Source of the DNA: an uncultured Actinomycetes bacterium
GTDB taxonomy: Bacteria > Actinomycetota > Actinomycetes > Nanopelagicales > Nanopelagicaceae
Length of the DNA: 46,247 nucleotides
Direction of reading: 5' to 3'
Assembly (NCBI GenBank): GCA_903867285.1
Contig: CAIPQX010000007.1
Location: 1-46,247 of the forward strand
Below are positions 1-9,793 of the stretch, one piece after another (the stretch's first letter is position 1; every line of letters begins with the position of its first letter). The translations under genes were made by a program, and so were the position numbers. The notes under the pieces are model-generated. The model was not told the DNA's origin, searched no databases, and saw nothing but the letters and a program-made list of their open reading frames with translations.

Positions 1-1005
1 CGCTGGTTCCAAGAGAACCACCCCGAAATTGAATCGCATTTTCTTGGAACTCAAGATGGAGTCGAAAATACCCTGGTTCCTGCCGCTGGCTTCGCCCTGC
101 ACCTGGTCGATAAAGTCCCCTTTCCACGCCGCTTCAGCAAGGAACTACTGCTGTGGCCATGGAAGTTTAAGAAGGCGCTACGCCAAACAAGAGAGATATT
201 GACAGAGGCAGACCTCGTCATTGGCTTCGGCGGATATGTTGCAGCTCCGGCATATCTCAGCGCGCGGCGCGCGGGGATTCCGATCGTGGCACACGAGGCG
301 AATGCCAAGATGGGTATGGCTAATAAATTGGGCCGCCGTTGTGGCGCCATCATGCTCCGTGCTTTCGGAGAAGATTCACCAGAGCGAGTGGGCATCCCTT
401 TGCGCAATGAGATCGTCGAACTTGCTACCTTGGATCCTGCCGCGCGACGTCTCGCACGAGCAGAAGCGTTGCGCTCCCTGAACTTCGATCCGCAAAGCAA
501 AACTATCTTGGTCTTTGGTGGATCCTTAGGTTCGATGAAGTTCAATGAAACCATTGCGCAATCGCAGCGCGAGATTTCGCGGCGGGGTTATCAAATCATT
601 CATGCAGTTGGAGCTAAGAACGAATTGCCTGTGGCGCAAGCTGGGTATTTACCCATGAGTTACATTGACGGTATGGCTCGCGCATATGCAGCGAGTGATT
701 TAGTTATTTCGCGAAGTGGTGCCGTGACGGTCACTGAAGTCGGAGTTTTGGGGATCTACAGCCTCTTCGTACCGCTTCCGATTGGTAATGGAGAGCAGAG
801 CGAAAATGCCAAGGTGATCACCGAACGTGGCGGGGGAGAGCTCATCAATAACGCCGGGTTTACTTCAGCATGGCTCCTTGCCAATGTCGATAGGTTGATG
901 GAGAGCGCTGAAAATTGGAGCGCAACGGCGAAGCACCTGGATTTTCCGCTAGATGCCAGCGCAGAAATTGCGCGCCAATCTCTGAAAGTATTAGCTCATG
1001 AATAG
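1..1005 (+). CDS. murG: MurG, undecaprenyldiphospho-muramoylpentapeptide beta-N-acetylglucosaminyltransferase (5' end outside window)
   Basis: Frame 1 is open from nt 1 (RWFQENHPEIESHFLGTQDGVENTLVPAAGF...) and runs into ORF 199..1005. It carries MurG-like motifs VIGFGGYVAAPAYLSA, VFGGSLGS, SRSGAVTVTE and GEQSENA. Its 3' end overlaps murC by 8 nt. Confidence 0.93.
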   Translation, partial: RWFQENHPEIESHFLGTQDGVENTLVPAAGFALHLVDKVPFPRRFSKELLLWPWKFKKALRQTREILTEADLVIGFGGYVAAPAYLSARRAGIPIVAHEANAKMGMANKLGRRCGAIMLRAFGEDSPERVGIPLRNEIVELATLDPAARRLARAEALRSLNFDPQSKTILVFGGSLGSMKFNETIAQSQREISRRGYQIIHAVGAKNELPVAQAGYLPMSYIDGMARAYAASDLVISRSGAVTVTEVGVLGIYSLFVPLPIGNGEQSENAKVITERGGGELINNAGFTSAWLLANVDRLMESAENWSATAKHLDFPLDASAEIARQSLKVLAHE

Positions 1006-2389
1006 GTTGGTGAAGCTGGCCGGTAAGCGGATCCACTTTGTAGGGATCGGCGGCGCGGGCATGTCTGGCATCGCACGCATCATGCTCTCCCAAGGGCTGA
1101 CAATTAGTGGCAGTGATGTAAAAGAAAGTTCGATAACCCAATCCTTGGCGGCTCTTGGCGCTCGGATCTCGATCGGACACGACGCAACACATATAGAAGA
1201 GATCGACCTTTTGATTACCTCTGGCGCAATATCACTTGATAATCCCGAGCTTCTTGCTGCCCAAGAACTCGGTATCGAAACCATCACGCGAGCCGAGGCG
1301 CTTGCAATTCTTATGGAGGGCAAGCGTTCTATCGCGGTTGCCGGAACGCACGGCAAAACAACGACAACATCGATGCTGACTGTTGCCTTACAAGGCGCCG
1401 GGCTCGATCCCTCATTTGCCATCGGTGGATTAATCAACAGTTCTGGCGTTAATGCCCATTTAGGAAGTGGAGAGATCTTCGTGGCTGAGGCCGACGAGTC
1501 CGATGGGTCATTCACGGCCTATCGCCCACTAGGCGCAATTATTACCAACCTGGAACTCGATCATGTCGATCACTTTGCAACGATCGAAGATCTCTACGAA
1601 ATATTTTTGGAATTTATCGCGACCGTGCAGAGCAACGGTTTTGTGATTGCATGTACGGATGATCCGGGGGTAGTTGAACTCCTCTCCCGGGTAACCCGAA
1701 AGGATTTAGCGATCATCACCTACGGAGAGCGCGATGCGGATTTCACCATCTCAAGAGTTCGCTTAGAACCCAGCTCTTCCTTCGCTCGGATCATTAAGAA
1801 TGGCAAGGTGCTTCCTGAACTGCACTTAACTATTCCCGGTCTGCACAATCTCTTCAACGCGACGGCTGCCTTGGCAGCGGGGGAGCGGTTAGGGGCGAGC
1901 GTGCCCGAGTTGTTGAGCGGTCTCGAATCATTTAGTGGATCACGCCGTCGATTTGAACATAAGGGGAAGATTCATGGGATAGAAGTAATTGATGATTACG
2001 GGCATCACCCCACAGAATTACGAGTAACCCTCGAAACGGCGCAGGCTTACGCAGCCCCAGGCCGAGTTATAGTCGTCTTTCAACCGCATCGTTTCTCGCG
2101 CACGCAGGCTTTCTTCGCGGAGTTTGCCAAATCTCTTGAGCTTGCAGACCGCGCCTTTGTTCTTGAGGTTTATCCTGCCAGCGAAGCTCCGATTCCTGGC
2201 GTCACATCACAACTTATTACTCGAGCTTCAACCAGTGGCACGATCACGCAAGAGCCTTCGATGGTCAATGTGGTTCAAGCGGTTCTTGATATCGCCGAAC
2301 CTGGTGATGTAATTATGACTCTAGGAGCCGGAGACGTTAACTCCCTGGCGCCGGTAATCGTTCAAGCGCTCGAAGAGAGATATGCGTAA
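998..2389 (+). CDS. murC: UDP-N-acetylmuramate--L-alanine ligase MurC
   Basis: 463 aa. N-terminal GIGGAGMSGIA dinucleotide-type fold and the Mur ligase P-loop GTHGKTTTTSM are present. It sits in the dcw position between murG and ftsQ. Confidence 0.96.
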   Translation: MNRLVKLAGKRIHFVGIGGAGMSGIARIMLSQGLTISGSDVKESSITQSLAALGARISIGHDATHIEEIDLLITSGAISLDNPELLAAQELGIETITRAEALAILMEGKRSIAVAGTHGKTTTTSMLTVALQGAGLDPSFAIGGLINSSGVNAHLGSGEIFVAEADESDGSFTAYRPLGAIITNLELDHVDHFATIEDLYEIFLEFIATVQSNGFVIACTDDPGVVELLSRVTRKDLAIITYGERDADFTISRVRLEPSSSFARIIKNGKVLPELHLTIPGLHNLFNATAALAAGERLGASVPELLSGLESFSGSRRRFEHKGKIHGIEVIDDYGHHPTELRVTLETAQAYAAPGRVIVVFQPHRFSRTQAFFAEFAKSLELADRAFVLEVYPASEAPIPGVTSQLITRASTSGTITQEPSMVNVVQAVLDIAEPGDVIMTLGAGDVNSLAPVIVQALEERYA

Positions 2390-3077
2390 ACGGCGCTACC
2401 GCAATGCACCGGGTATATTCCTTGCGGTTGTGCTTATTGGGCTCATTGGTTACTTCCTAGGGTGGTCTAAGGCGTTAGAAATTCGCACGATTGAGATCAC
2501 CGCCGCTGGAAACGAAGCCATTGTTACACCGCTTCTCATTCCAAAAGATCTTCACATCGGCATGCCTATTGCACGAGTTAGTTCACAACGTATCGCGCAC
2601 GATCTCTCAGCGCTGACATGGGTCGACACAATCAAAGTGAACAGGCGCTGGTTAGCACATGATGTACGTATAACGATTACCGAACACCTTCCGATCGCGC
2701 AATATGTCGATACCCAAGGGAGTACTGAGTATTTTGATGCTAGTGGCTATAACTTCATCACCCCCAATCCTCCTACCGGAATTCCGGTCATCAACTTTGC
2801 AACTGTGGGTACCGAATCGCGAACAGCAATAGCTACTTTTCTATCGCAGACCCCACCGGATCTCACAGCTAATCTCTCCAGTCTCTCTGTCGATCAACAA
2901 AACCAGGTAAATCTCACAACCACAATTCCTGGTTACCCGCTCTTAGCGATTGCGTGGGGAACAGCTACGGATATCCCATTAAAAGTGCGCGTTTTACGCC
3001 AACTTTTGACGCTGCCAGAAAACAAGAAAATTACGAGTGCCGACCTTTCCAATCCACTGACGCCAATAGTGAAGTAA
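2382..3077 (+). CDS. ftsQ: Cell division protein FtsQ (single TM plus POTRA-like domain)
   Basis: 231 aa with a basic N-terminus (MRKRRYR), one TM helix (IFLAVVLIGLIGYFLGW) and an extracytoplasmic domain. Located in the conserved slot between murC (8-nt overlap) and ftsZ. Confidence 0.8.
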   Translation: MRKRRYRNAPGIFLAVVLIGLIGYFLGWSKALEIRTIEITAAGNEAIVTPLLIPKDLHIGMPIARVSSQRIAHDLSALTWVDTIKVNRRWLAHDVRITITEHLPIAQYVDTQGSTEYFDASGYNFITPNPPTGIPVINFATVGTESRTAIATFLSQTPPDLTANLSSLSVDQQNQVNLTTTIPGYPLLAIAWGTATDIPLKVRVLRQLLTLPENKKITSADLSNPLTPIVK

Positions 3078-3227
3078 TTACTCTCAATGCCGCATTTAGA
3101 GATTGCTCACTCTGCTTATCGTGTCGGTTATTGATTGAACCTACGTAAAACCCTATTTTTACCGCATAAGAAGCAGGCAGCGCTTTAAGTCTCGACTTGA
3201 GATTTAGAGTCTTAGGAGAGGTACATC

Positions 3228-4388
3228 GTGGCGACACCGCAAAATTATTTAGCCGTTATCAAGGTAGTTGGAATTGGTGGCGGAGGAGTGAACGCTGTCA
3301 ATCGCATGATTGAAGCGGGTCTCAAAGGTGTCGAATTTATTGCGATCAATACCGATGCGCAGCAACTCATCATGAGTGATGCGGATGTGAAATTAGATAT
3401 CGGTCGTAAATCAACTCGCGGTCTTGGTGCTGGCGCATCTCCTGAAGTTGGACGTCAAGCCGCTCTTGATCATATTGAAGAGATCGAAGAAGTTCTACGT
3501 GGTGCTGACATGGTCTTTGTAACTGCAGGTGAAGGTGGCGGAACCGGTACTGGTGGTGCACCAATAGTTGCAAAAGTTGCAAAAGATCTTGGGGCACTTA
3601 CAGTTGGCGTAGTTACGAAACCTTTCTCATTTGAAGCAAAGCATCGCACCTTCCAAGCTGAAGAGGGGATCGAACTACTACGCGTAGAAGTCGATACCTT
3701 AATTGTTATTCCTAATGATCGCCTTCTTGCCATCTCCGACCGATCGATCACCGCTGTGGAAGCTTTCCGAAGCGCTGATCAGGTTCTTCTCTCTGGAGTG
3801 CAGGGCATCACTGACCTAATTACAACCCCTGGTCTCATCAATCTGGACTTTGCTGATGTAAAGAGTGTCATGCAAGGCGCTGGTTCTGCGCTCATGGGAA
3901 TTGGTTCCGCACGAGGAGAGGCGCGTGCCACGCGAGCTGCCGAGTTAGCTATCGCGAGCCCACTCTTAGAGGCCTCTATCGATGGTGCCCGTGGGGTACT
4001 TCTCTCTATCGCCGGAGGTTCTGACCTCGGGCTCTTTGAATTGAGTGAAGCGGCCGAACTCGTTGCAAAATCTGCGCACCCTGATGCGAACATTATCTTT
4101 GGAACAGTTATTGACGATGCCTTGGGCGATGAAGTCCGAATCACTGTTATTGCTGCGGGATTTGATGGTGGCGCACCAAAACGTGCACCCATGCCGACGA
4201 TCAATGCCGCCGCGCTCAGCGGGCAGGCAGATCCGATCGCCGCGAACGATCCAATTGCCGTTGCGCTCGATCTGAGCGGAGGCGAAGATACTTCAGAAAT
4301 CTTGCTGCCATCTTCTCCTCGTCGCCGCGTGACCTTCCAAGATCTCGTGAGCGAGGATGAGATAGACGTTCCTGACTTCATGAAGTAA
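3228..4388 (+). CDS. ftsZ: Cell division GTPase FtsZ
   Basis: GTG start preceded by AGGAGAGG. Contains [13 protein letters not shown], the tubulin signature [13 protein letters not shown], and the C-terminal conserved peptide DVPDFMK. Confidence 0.97.
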   Translation: MATPQNYLAVIKVVGIGGGGVNAVNRMIEAGLKGVEFIAINTDAQQLIMSDADVKLDIGRKSTRGLGAGASPEVGRQAALDHIEEIEEVLRGADMVFVTAGEGGGTGTGGAPIVAKVAKDLGALTVGVVTKPFSFEAKHRTFQAEEGIELLRVEVDTLIVIPNDRLLAISDRSITAVEAFRSADQVLLSGVQGITDLITTPGLINLDFADVKSVMQGAGSALMGIGSARGEARATRAAELAIASPLLEASIDGARGVLLSIAGGSDLGLFELSEAAELVAKSAHPDANIIFGTVIDDALGDEVRITVIAAGFDGGAPKRAPMPTINAAALSGQADPIAANDPIAVALDLSGGEDTSEILLPSSPRRRVTFQDLVSEDEIDVPDFMK

Positions 4389-4997
4389 ATGTCTCGAACT
4401 CTTTTCACCTCCCGACAAGGAGGAGATCTCAAGCTATCGCACCAGCGAGAAATACTGCGCGCCTCCCTCTCTTTGCCAGTTCTGCATTTCATGAAACAAA
4501 GTCATAGCGACACGGTCCTCGTTGTCGATGGCACCGGTGCAGATTTCGAATGTGATGGGCTCATCACCAATATCAAAGGGGTGGGGTTGGCCGCCTTGGC
4601 CGCCGATTGCATGCCAATTACTTTCTCTGCAGCGCAGTGGGTTGGAGTTGCACACGTAGGCCGCGTGGGATTTATTAAGGGCATTGCACAAAAGACGGTG
4701 GAGATGATGCGAGAGCTGGGTGCGGGGGAGATCAAGGCGACGATCGGTCCCAGTATCTGTGGAGATTGCTACGAGGTTTCGCCGCAGATGTATCAGGAGA
4801 TTTCGGAGCACTTTCCAGCGGCCAGAACTTCAAATTCGCGCCATGCCTTGGATCTCCAGCGAGGCGTGACCTTTGAGTTGGAAGAAATGGGAGTGGTCGT
4901 TCAAAACCTCAACGTCTGCACTCTAGAAGATCCAAACTACTTCTCCTTTCGGCGGGGAGCTGAAACGGAGCGCCAGGCAGGGCTTATATCGCTATGA
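4389..4997 (+). CDS. pgeF: YfiH/PgeF (YlmD) family laccase-domain / purine nucleoside phosphorylase-like protein, compact version
   Basis: 202 aa. The His-Cys-His family pattern is present (MKQSHSDTV, AADCMPI, VAHVGRVG), and the protein ends FSFRR. The ATG immediately follows the ftsZ TAA. Conserved ylmD position after ftsZ. Confidence 0.8.
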   Translation: MSRTLFTSRQGGDLKLSHQREILRASLSLPVLHFMKQSHSDTVLVVDGTGADFECDGLITNIKGVGLAALAADCMPITFSAAQWVGVAHVGRVGFIKGIAQKTVEMMRELGAGEIKATIGPSICGDCYEVSPQMYQEISEHFPAARTSNSRHALDLQRGVTFELEEMGVVVQNLNVCTLEDPNYFSFRRGAETERQAGLISL

Positions 4998-5680
4998 CAA
5001 GAGAAGAAGAGATCTCCGCAAAACTCCGGGAAGTTGAAGGGAAGATCGCCGCTGCTACGAGCCGGGCCGGTCGAGTTCGCAATGAGATTCAATTGATTGT
5101 AGTGACGAAGAATTTTCCAGTAAGCGATGCTCAGATCCTCTATGACTTGGGGATACGGGCCTTTGGCGAGAACCGCGATCAAGAAGGTTCCCTCAAATCT
5201 GAACAATTACCGAGCGATATCACCTGGCACTTCCAAGGGCAGGTACAAAGTCGAAAGATTAAGTCGATCGCTAGTTGGGCAGATTATGTTCACTCCTTGG
5301 ATTCGCTGGATCACGCTCGTAAATTTTCTAGCTATCCGGAGGTCAAGCTGCGAAATTTCTTCATTCAAGTGAATTTAGAACCGCTTAGGATTGACCGCGG
5401 TGGGGTTAGCTCGGAGGCCTTGGAGCCCTTACTGGAAGCGATACAGAGCGAGACCGAGATCAGACCGATTGGTCTCATGGCTGTTGCCCCTGCACAGGTG
5501 GAGCCCGAGCGCGCCTTTGCGCAGATGCAGGAGATCCGCAATCGCATCCTCACATCTTTTCCTGAAATAACGGCGCTCTCTCTGGGGATGAGTGGAGATT
5601 ACGAAGCTGCCATCGCCGCCGGTGCGACACATCTTCGTATTGGGAGTTCAATCCTCGGTTCTCGTGTACTTCCAGCCTAA
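4994..5680 (+). CDS. yggS: YggS/YlmE family pyridoxal-phosphate homeostasis protein
   Basis: 228 aa. VVTKNFP (PLP-lysine context), FGENRDQE and the C-terminal HLRIGSSILG are typical of the family. ATGA overlap with pgeF. Confidence 0.9.
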   Translation: MTREEEISAKLREVEGKIAAATSRAGRVRNEIQLIVVTKNFPVSDAQILYDLGIRAFGENRDQEGSLKSEQLPSDITWHFQGQVQSRKIKSIASWADYVHSLDSLDHARKFSSYPEVKLRNFFIQVNLEPLRIDRGGVSSEALEPLLEAIQSETEIRPIGLMAVAPAQVEPERAFAQMQEIRNRILTSFPEITALSLGMSGDYEAAIAAGATHLRIGSSILGSRVLPA

Positions 5681-5683
5681 AAT
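5678..5683 (+). promoter_or_regulatory. Candidate -10 box TAAAAT, 6 nt upstream of the sepF ATG (predicted leaderless start)
   Basis: Sequence cc-TAAAAT-taagcc-ATG. There is no Shine-Dalgarno sequence upstream of sepF. Part of the recurrent TANNNT-N6/7-start pattern in this window. Confidence 0.35.
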
Positions 5684-5689
5684 TAAGCC

Positions 5690-6154
5690 ATGGCTAATGT
5701 ATTTAAGAAAGCGGCGAACTACCTCGGTCTCGTAGATGACGAGGAAGATCTCCAACCTGTCGTTGTAGCAGAGGCCCCTCATCGCGGTGTTCGCTCTGTC
5801 ACCCAGACCGCGCGCCCGACTTTCAATCCGATTCCCGTTCCAGCCTTCACTCCAGTGCAGGAATCACTTCCCATCATGGATCAGATTTTCACTATTCACC
5901 CCCGTTTTTACAATGAGGCACGCACCGTCGGTGAGCGTTATCGCATGAGCCAGCCAGTATTGATGAACCTTTCCGATATGGAAGAGTCAGAGCGCAAGCG
6001 CTTGGTGGATTTCGCTTCAGGTCTCGTCTTTGGATTGCATGGCAGTATTGAGCGAGTTACCTCAAAGGTATTTCTTCTCACCCCGGAAAATGTTCGGGTA
6101 AGCACCGAGAACAAGACGGCAGCGGCAGAAGCAAGTTTCTTCAATCAGAGCTGA
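5690..6154 (+). CDS. sepF: Cell division protein SepF
   Basis: 154 aa. N-terminal amphipathic membrane-targeting helix (MANVFKKAANYLGLV), a linker, then a C-terminal SepF domain (VLMNLSDMEESERKRLVDFASGLVFGLHGSIERV). Conserved position after ylmE. Confidence 0.9.
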   Translation: MANVFKKAANYLGLVDDEEDLQPVVVAEAPHRGVRSVTQTARPTFNPIPVPAFTPVQESLPIMDQIFTIHPRFYNEARTVGERYRMSQPVLMNLSDMEESERKRLVDFASGLVFGLHGSIERVTSKVFLLTPENVRVSTENKTAAAEASFFNQS

Positions 6155-6183
6155 TCTAGCCTCGCGGCGGGTGGAGTAAAACA

Positions 6184-6471
6184 ATGAGTGGTCTTGGTAC
6201 GGCGATTATCTTCGCATTGCAGATTTTTCTGGTCTCGCTCTTTGCACGGGTGATCTTGGATTACATCAGGATTTTTTCACCCTCGTGGCGCCCACGCGGA
6301 ATTGTCCTGGCGATCGCGGAAGCTGTTTATGCAATTACCGATCCGATTATGCGTTTGGTCCGTCGCTTTATTCCACCATTGCGGTTAGGTCCGGTCTCGG
6401 TTGATATCTCATTTATTTTGATCTTCTTCGTTACCGAAGTATTGATCTCTTTCGCACGAAGAATTCACTAA
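6184..6471 (+). CDS. yggT: YggT (YlmG) family membrane protein
   Basis: 95 aa with two hydrophobic helices. GGTGGAG RBS 7 nt upstream. Conserved position after sepF. Confidence 0.85.
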   Translation: MSGLGTAIIFALQIFLVSLFARVILDYIRIFSPSWRPRGIVLAIAEAVYAITDPIMRLVRRFIPPLRLGPVSVDISFILIFFVTEVLISFARRIH

Positions 6472-9400
6472 TTAATTCTTTGTAAGCGCCAGTCCCAAAC
6501 CAATCTCGTTCTCGGCTCCATCAATATTTTCATCCTGGGTGATCGATAGCGCTAACACTTCATCTGAAATTTGATCTGCATAGCGAGCGATGGCAGCGGC
6601 AACATCAGCCCCAGAATTCCAACGCACATGAATCCGGTCGCTGATATCAAAGCCAGAATTCTTACGTTGTTCTTGAATGGTGCGAACGACTTCGCGCATC
6701 AACCCCGCTTGTAAAAGTTCGGGTGTGAGGGTCAGATCCAGCGCAACACTTTCACCAGAGTGGCTTGCTACCGACCATCCCTCTTTAGGAGTCTCGGTAA
6801 TTACTAGATCCTCTGCAGTGAGTTGGGCAATCTTCTCGCCGTACTTGAGATCATAACTTCCAGTTTCGCGTAACGCGTGCACCAGCGCAGCAGCATCTGC
6901 CTGGGAAATGGCGGCCGCGATCGCCTGCACATCCCCGCCGTAGCGAGCACCGATAGTTCTGAAGTTAGCCTTAATCGAGATGCTTACTAGCCCCTCGTTC
7001 TCATCTGCGAGTAGATCGAGGCGCAGGACATTGAGCTCGTCCTGGATATGTTCGCGGATCTCTGGGTCCATTGCCCCCCAACCTGACGCCGCAACGAGAG
7101 CGCGAGAGAGTGGTTGGCGGATCTTGAGCTTGGATTCAGCTCGAGCGGCGCGACCCAGTTCAACGAGGCGGCGCGAGAGCGCAACAGATGCAGAAAGTTT
7201 GGAGTCAATAACATCGACAGCAGAAACCGGGAAAGAAGAGAGGTGAACTGACTCTTCGGAGTCGGGTTGCCCCACGCGAAGCAAGGTTTGCCAAACATGC
7301 TCGGTGATAAACGGTACGAGCGGAGACATTAACTGTGTCAGAACCTTAAGGCAGGTGAAGAGCGTGGACAGCGCGTCGCTATCGCCATCCCAGAAACGGC
7401 GGCGTGATCTGCGCACATACCAGTTTGAGAGATCGTCGATAAAGGTAGCGAGCAAGCGACCAACTTCTTGTGAGTCGAATTCTTCAAAGGCCAGGTCAAC
7501 TGCAGCGATCAATTGATTGAGTTCAGAGATGATCCAGCGATCCATAGTCACTTCTGAAGTTTTTCCGCCCGCCGCAAACTCAAAGCTGGCAGCATGGGCA
7601 TAGAGACTAAAGAAGGAGACGGTGTTCCAATATGTGAGCAAGGTTTTGCGCACAACATCGGAGAGAGCATCGTGGCCCACGCGCCGAGCGCTCCATGGCG
7701 AACCTGCAGCCAACATGTACCATCGCACCGCATCTGCACCGTGTTGATCCATCAATGGGATAGGTTGCAGAACATTGCCGAGATGCTTACTCATCTTTCT
7801 GCCATCTTTATCCAAAATGTGACCGAGGCAGAGAACTGTTTTGTATGAAGATTCGTCAAAGACAAGAGTGCCAATTGTCATCAACGTGTAGAACCATCCG
7901 CGGGTTTGGTCGATTGCCTCGCAGATAAAGTCGGCAGGGTATGCGTCCGCCAGCGCCTGCACGGAACCCTCTTTATGCGGATAACCCCATTGCGCAAATG
8001 GCATCGCTCCGGAGTCATACCAACAATCGATGACCTCATTGACTCGGTTCATCGTTTGTGAGCATTCAGGACAGGGAAAGGTAATGTCATCGACAAAGGG
8101 GCGGTGGGGGTCTGTCGCTCTTACATCTTGACCGGAGAGTGTTGAGAGTTCGGCGAGCGAACCTACGCAATGCATGTGGTTCTCCGGGCAACGCCACAAT
8201 GGCAGCGGAGTACCCCAATAACGGTTGCGCGAGATGGCCCAGTCAATATTGTTCTCAAGCCAATCTCCGTAACGCCCCGCCTTAATAGTTTCAGGGTGCC
8301 AATCGGTCTTAGCATTTTCGGCGATTAATTTATCTTTAATCGCGGTAGTACGGATGTACCACGATGGTTGCGCGTAATACATAAGAGGTGTGTGGCAGCG
8401 CCAGCAATGGGGGTAAGAGTGCTCAAACTGCAATTGGCGAAAGAGAACGCCGCGGGATTTCAACTCGCGGACCAGCGTTTTATCGGCCTCTTTGAAGAAG
8501 ACACCACCGACGAGAGGAACTTCGGGCAAGAACTTTCCATCGGGTGCCATTGGATTTACTACTGGTAGCCCGTAGCGACGGCTGACTTGTAAGTCGTCGG
8601 CTCCGAAGGCGGGGGATTGGTGCACCAATCCAGTTCCATCTTCGATGGTGACGTAATCCGCCAAGACGATGTAATGCGAATCAGGAATCTCAATGAGATC
8701 AAGTGGACGTTGGTAAGTGATGTGCTCTAGCTCAGACCCGAGGAAGGTGGCGATGACTGTGCGATCTTCGCCAAGAACATGAGCGAGATTGGTCGCGATG
8801 ACCAATCTTTCGGTTTTATCGTCCTTCGTGATTTCGCAGACTTGATACTCAACCTTTGGATTTACCGCAATCGCGGTATTTGAAACCAAAGTCCATGGAG
8901 TTGTGGTCCAGACCAAGAATGCGGCGCCTAAATCGGCGATAGCACCAGAGGTTGCCGGGAAGCGGACGTAAACGGAGGGATCGGTAACTGTCTCATAGCC
9001 TTGCGCTAATTCGTGATCTGATAAACCAGTTCCGCAACGGGGGCAGTATGGGGCGACGCGATGATCCTGGACTAGCAGACCTTTCTGCCAGATCTGCTGC
9101 AGTGACCACCAGACGCTCTCAACATATTCGGGAGACATGGTCCAGTAGGCCTCATCAAAGTCCACCCAGAAACCCATGCGGCGCGTCATCGAGGTAAATT
9201 CATCGACGTGGCGTTGTACCGAGTCGCGACACTTCTCATTGAAAGCAGCGATGCCATATTTTTCTATATCGCCCTTGCCCGCAAAACCTAACTCTTTCTC
9301 TACGGCGATTTCTACCGGCAAACCGTGGCAATCCCATCCAGCTTTGCGAATTACCTGCTTGCCCTTCATGGTCTGATAGCGGGGAAATAAATCTTTAAAG

Positions 9401-9609
9401 ACGCGCGCTTCAATGTGGTGTGTTCCAGGAGAACCATTTGCTGTAGGCGGGCCCTCATAGAAGGTCCATCGGGGAGCGCCATCGCGAGCGGATACGCTCT
9501 TGGAGAAGATTTGATTCTCTTCCCAGAAGGCCAGGATCTGATGCTCGGTAGCCGGGAGATCGATTTGCGGCGGAAGGCTATTAAATGGGTGTGAGCCATG
9601 CGCTGCCAT
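6472..9609 (-). CDS. ileS: Isoleucine--tRNA ligase (long, type 2 / actinobacterial form)
   Basis: 1045 aa. HIGH-region PTANGSPGTHHIEARV, KMSKS motif RKMSKHLGN, and an editing-domain insertion. GAGGA RBS 6 nt before the ATG. Confidence 0.97.
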   Translation of the reverse strand: MAAHGSHPFNSLPPQIDLPATEHQILAFWEENQIFSKSVSARDGAPRWTFYEGPPTANGSPGTHHIEARVFKDLFPRYQTMKGKQVIRKAGWDCHGLPVEIAVEKELGFAGKGDIEKYGIAAFNEKCRDSVQRHVDEFTSMTRRMGFWVDFDEAYWTMSPEYVESVWWSLQQIWQKGLLVQDHRVAPYCPRCGTGLSDHELAQGYETVTDPSVYVRFPATSGAIADLGAAFLVWTTTPWTLVSNTAIAVNPKVEYQVCEITKDDKTERLVIATNLAHVLGEDRTVIATFLGSELEHITYQRPLDLIEIPDSHYIVLADYVTIEDGTGLVHQSPAFGADDLQVSRRYGLPVVNPMAPDGKFLPEVPLVGGVFFKEADKTLVRELKSRGVLFRQLQFEHSYPHCWRCHTPLMYYAQPSWYIRTTAIKDKLIAENAKTDWHPETIKAGRYGDWLENNIDWAISRNRYWGTPLPLWRCPENHMHCVGSLAELSTLSGQDVRATDPHRPFVDDITFPCPECSQTMNRVNEVIDCWYDSGAMPFAQWGYPHKEGSVQALADAYPADFICEAIDQTRGWFYTLMTIGTLVFDESSYKTVLCLGHILDKDGRKMSKHLGNVLQPIPLMDQHGADAVRWYMLAAGSPWSARRVGHDALSDVVRKTLLTYWNTVSFFSLYAHAASFEFAAGGKTSEVTMDRWIISELNQLIAAVDLAFEEFDSQEVGRLLATFIDDLSNWYVRRSRRRFWDGDSDALSTLFTCLKVLTQLMSPLVPFITEHVWQTLLRVGQPDSEESVHLSSFPVSAVDVIDSKLSASVALSRRLVELGRAARAESKLKIRQPLSRALVAASGWGAMDPEIREHIQDELNVLRLDLLADENEGLVSISIKANFRTIGARYGGDVQAIAAAISQADAAALVHALRETGSYDLKYGEKIAQLTAEDLVITETPKEGWSVASHSGESVALDLTLTPELLQAGLMREVVRTIQEQRKNSGFDISDRIHVRWNSGADVAAAIARYADQISDEVLALSITQDENIDGAENEIGLGLALTKN

Positions 9610-9793
9610 CTCATATCCTCGCTATCGACGTTTCAGGCGGGGGTTTTGCGGAAAATCCCCCGAAGTGTGGTGAAAGCGTGAGTCTAGCGCGGCGAAGTTG
9701 GTAATTCAGCGCTCTTCGCTCTAGCCTTCTCGCTCGCAGGTAACTCACAAAGGTGGCCTCTGGTGGCTACATAGATGTGGGCTGACTAGAGAT
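9610..9793 (-). promoter_or_regulatory. ileS 5' leader / divergent promoter region with two stem-loops
   Basis: On the minus strand there is a stem GCGAAG/CTTCGC (9691..9720) with a 16-nt loop, and a strong hairpin GGGGGAUUUU-CCGC-AAAACCCCC (9639..9661) about 30 nt before the start codon. The direct repeat GGTGGC-N4-GGTGGC lies at 9752..9767. Confidence 0.4.

Noticed and set aside
2954-3237. Small ORFs (2954..3148 plus strand, 3031..3237 minus strand) in the ftsQ-ftsZ spacer
   Set aside because: They overlap the ftsQ 3' end or the ftsZ RBS and start, have no RBS, and encode no recognisable protein. The spacer is more plausibly the ftsZ promoter region.
9610-9793. T-box riboswitch upstream of ileS, as found in many Actinomycetota
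   Set aside because: The minus-strand leader contains no UGG trinucleotide (the plus strand has no CCA), so the conserved T-box bulge that pairs with the tRNA 3' NCCA end cannot be formed. No GGUGGUACCGCG-like element is present in the correct orientation.
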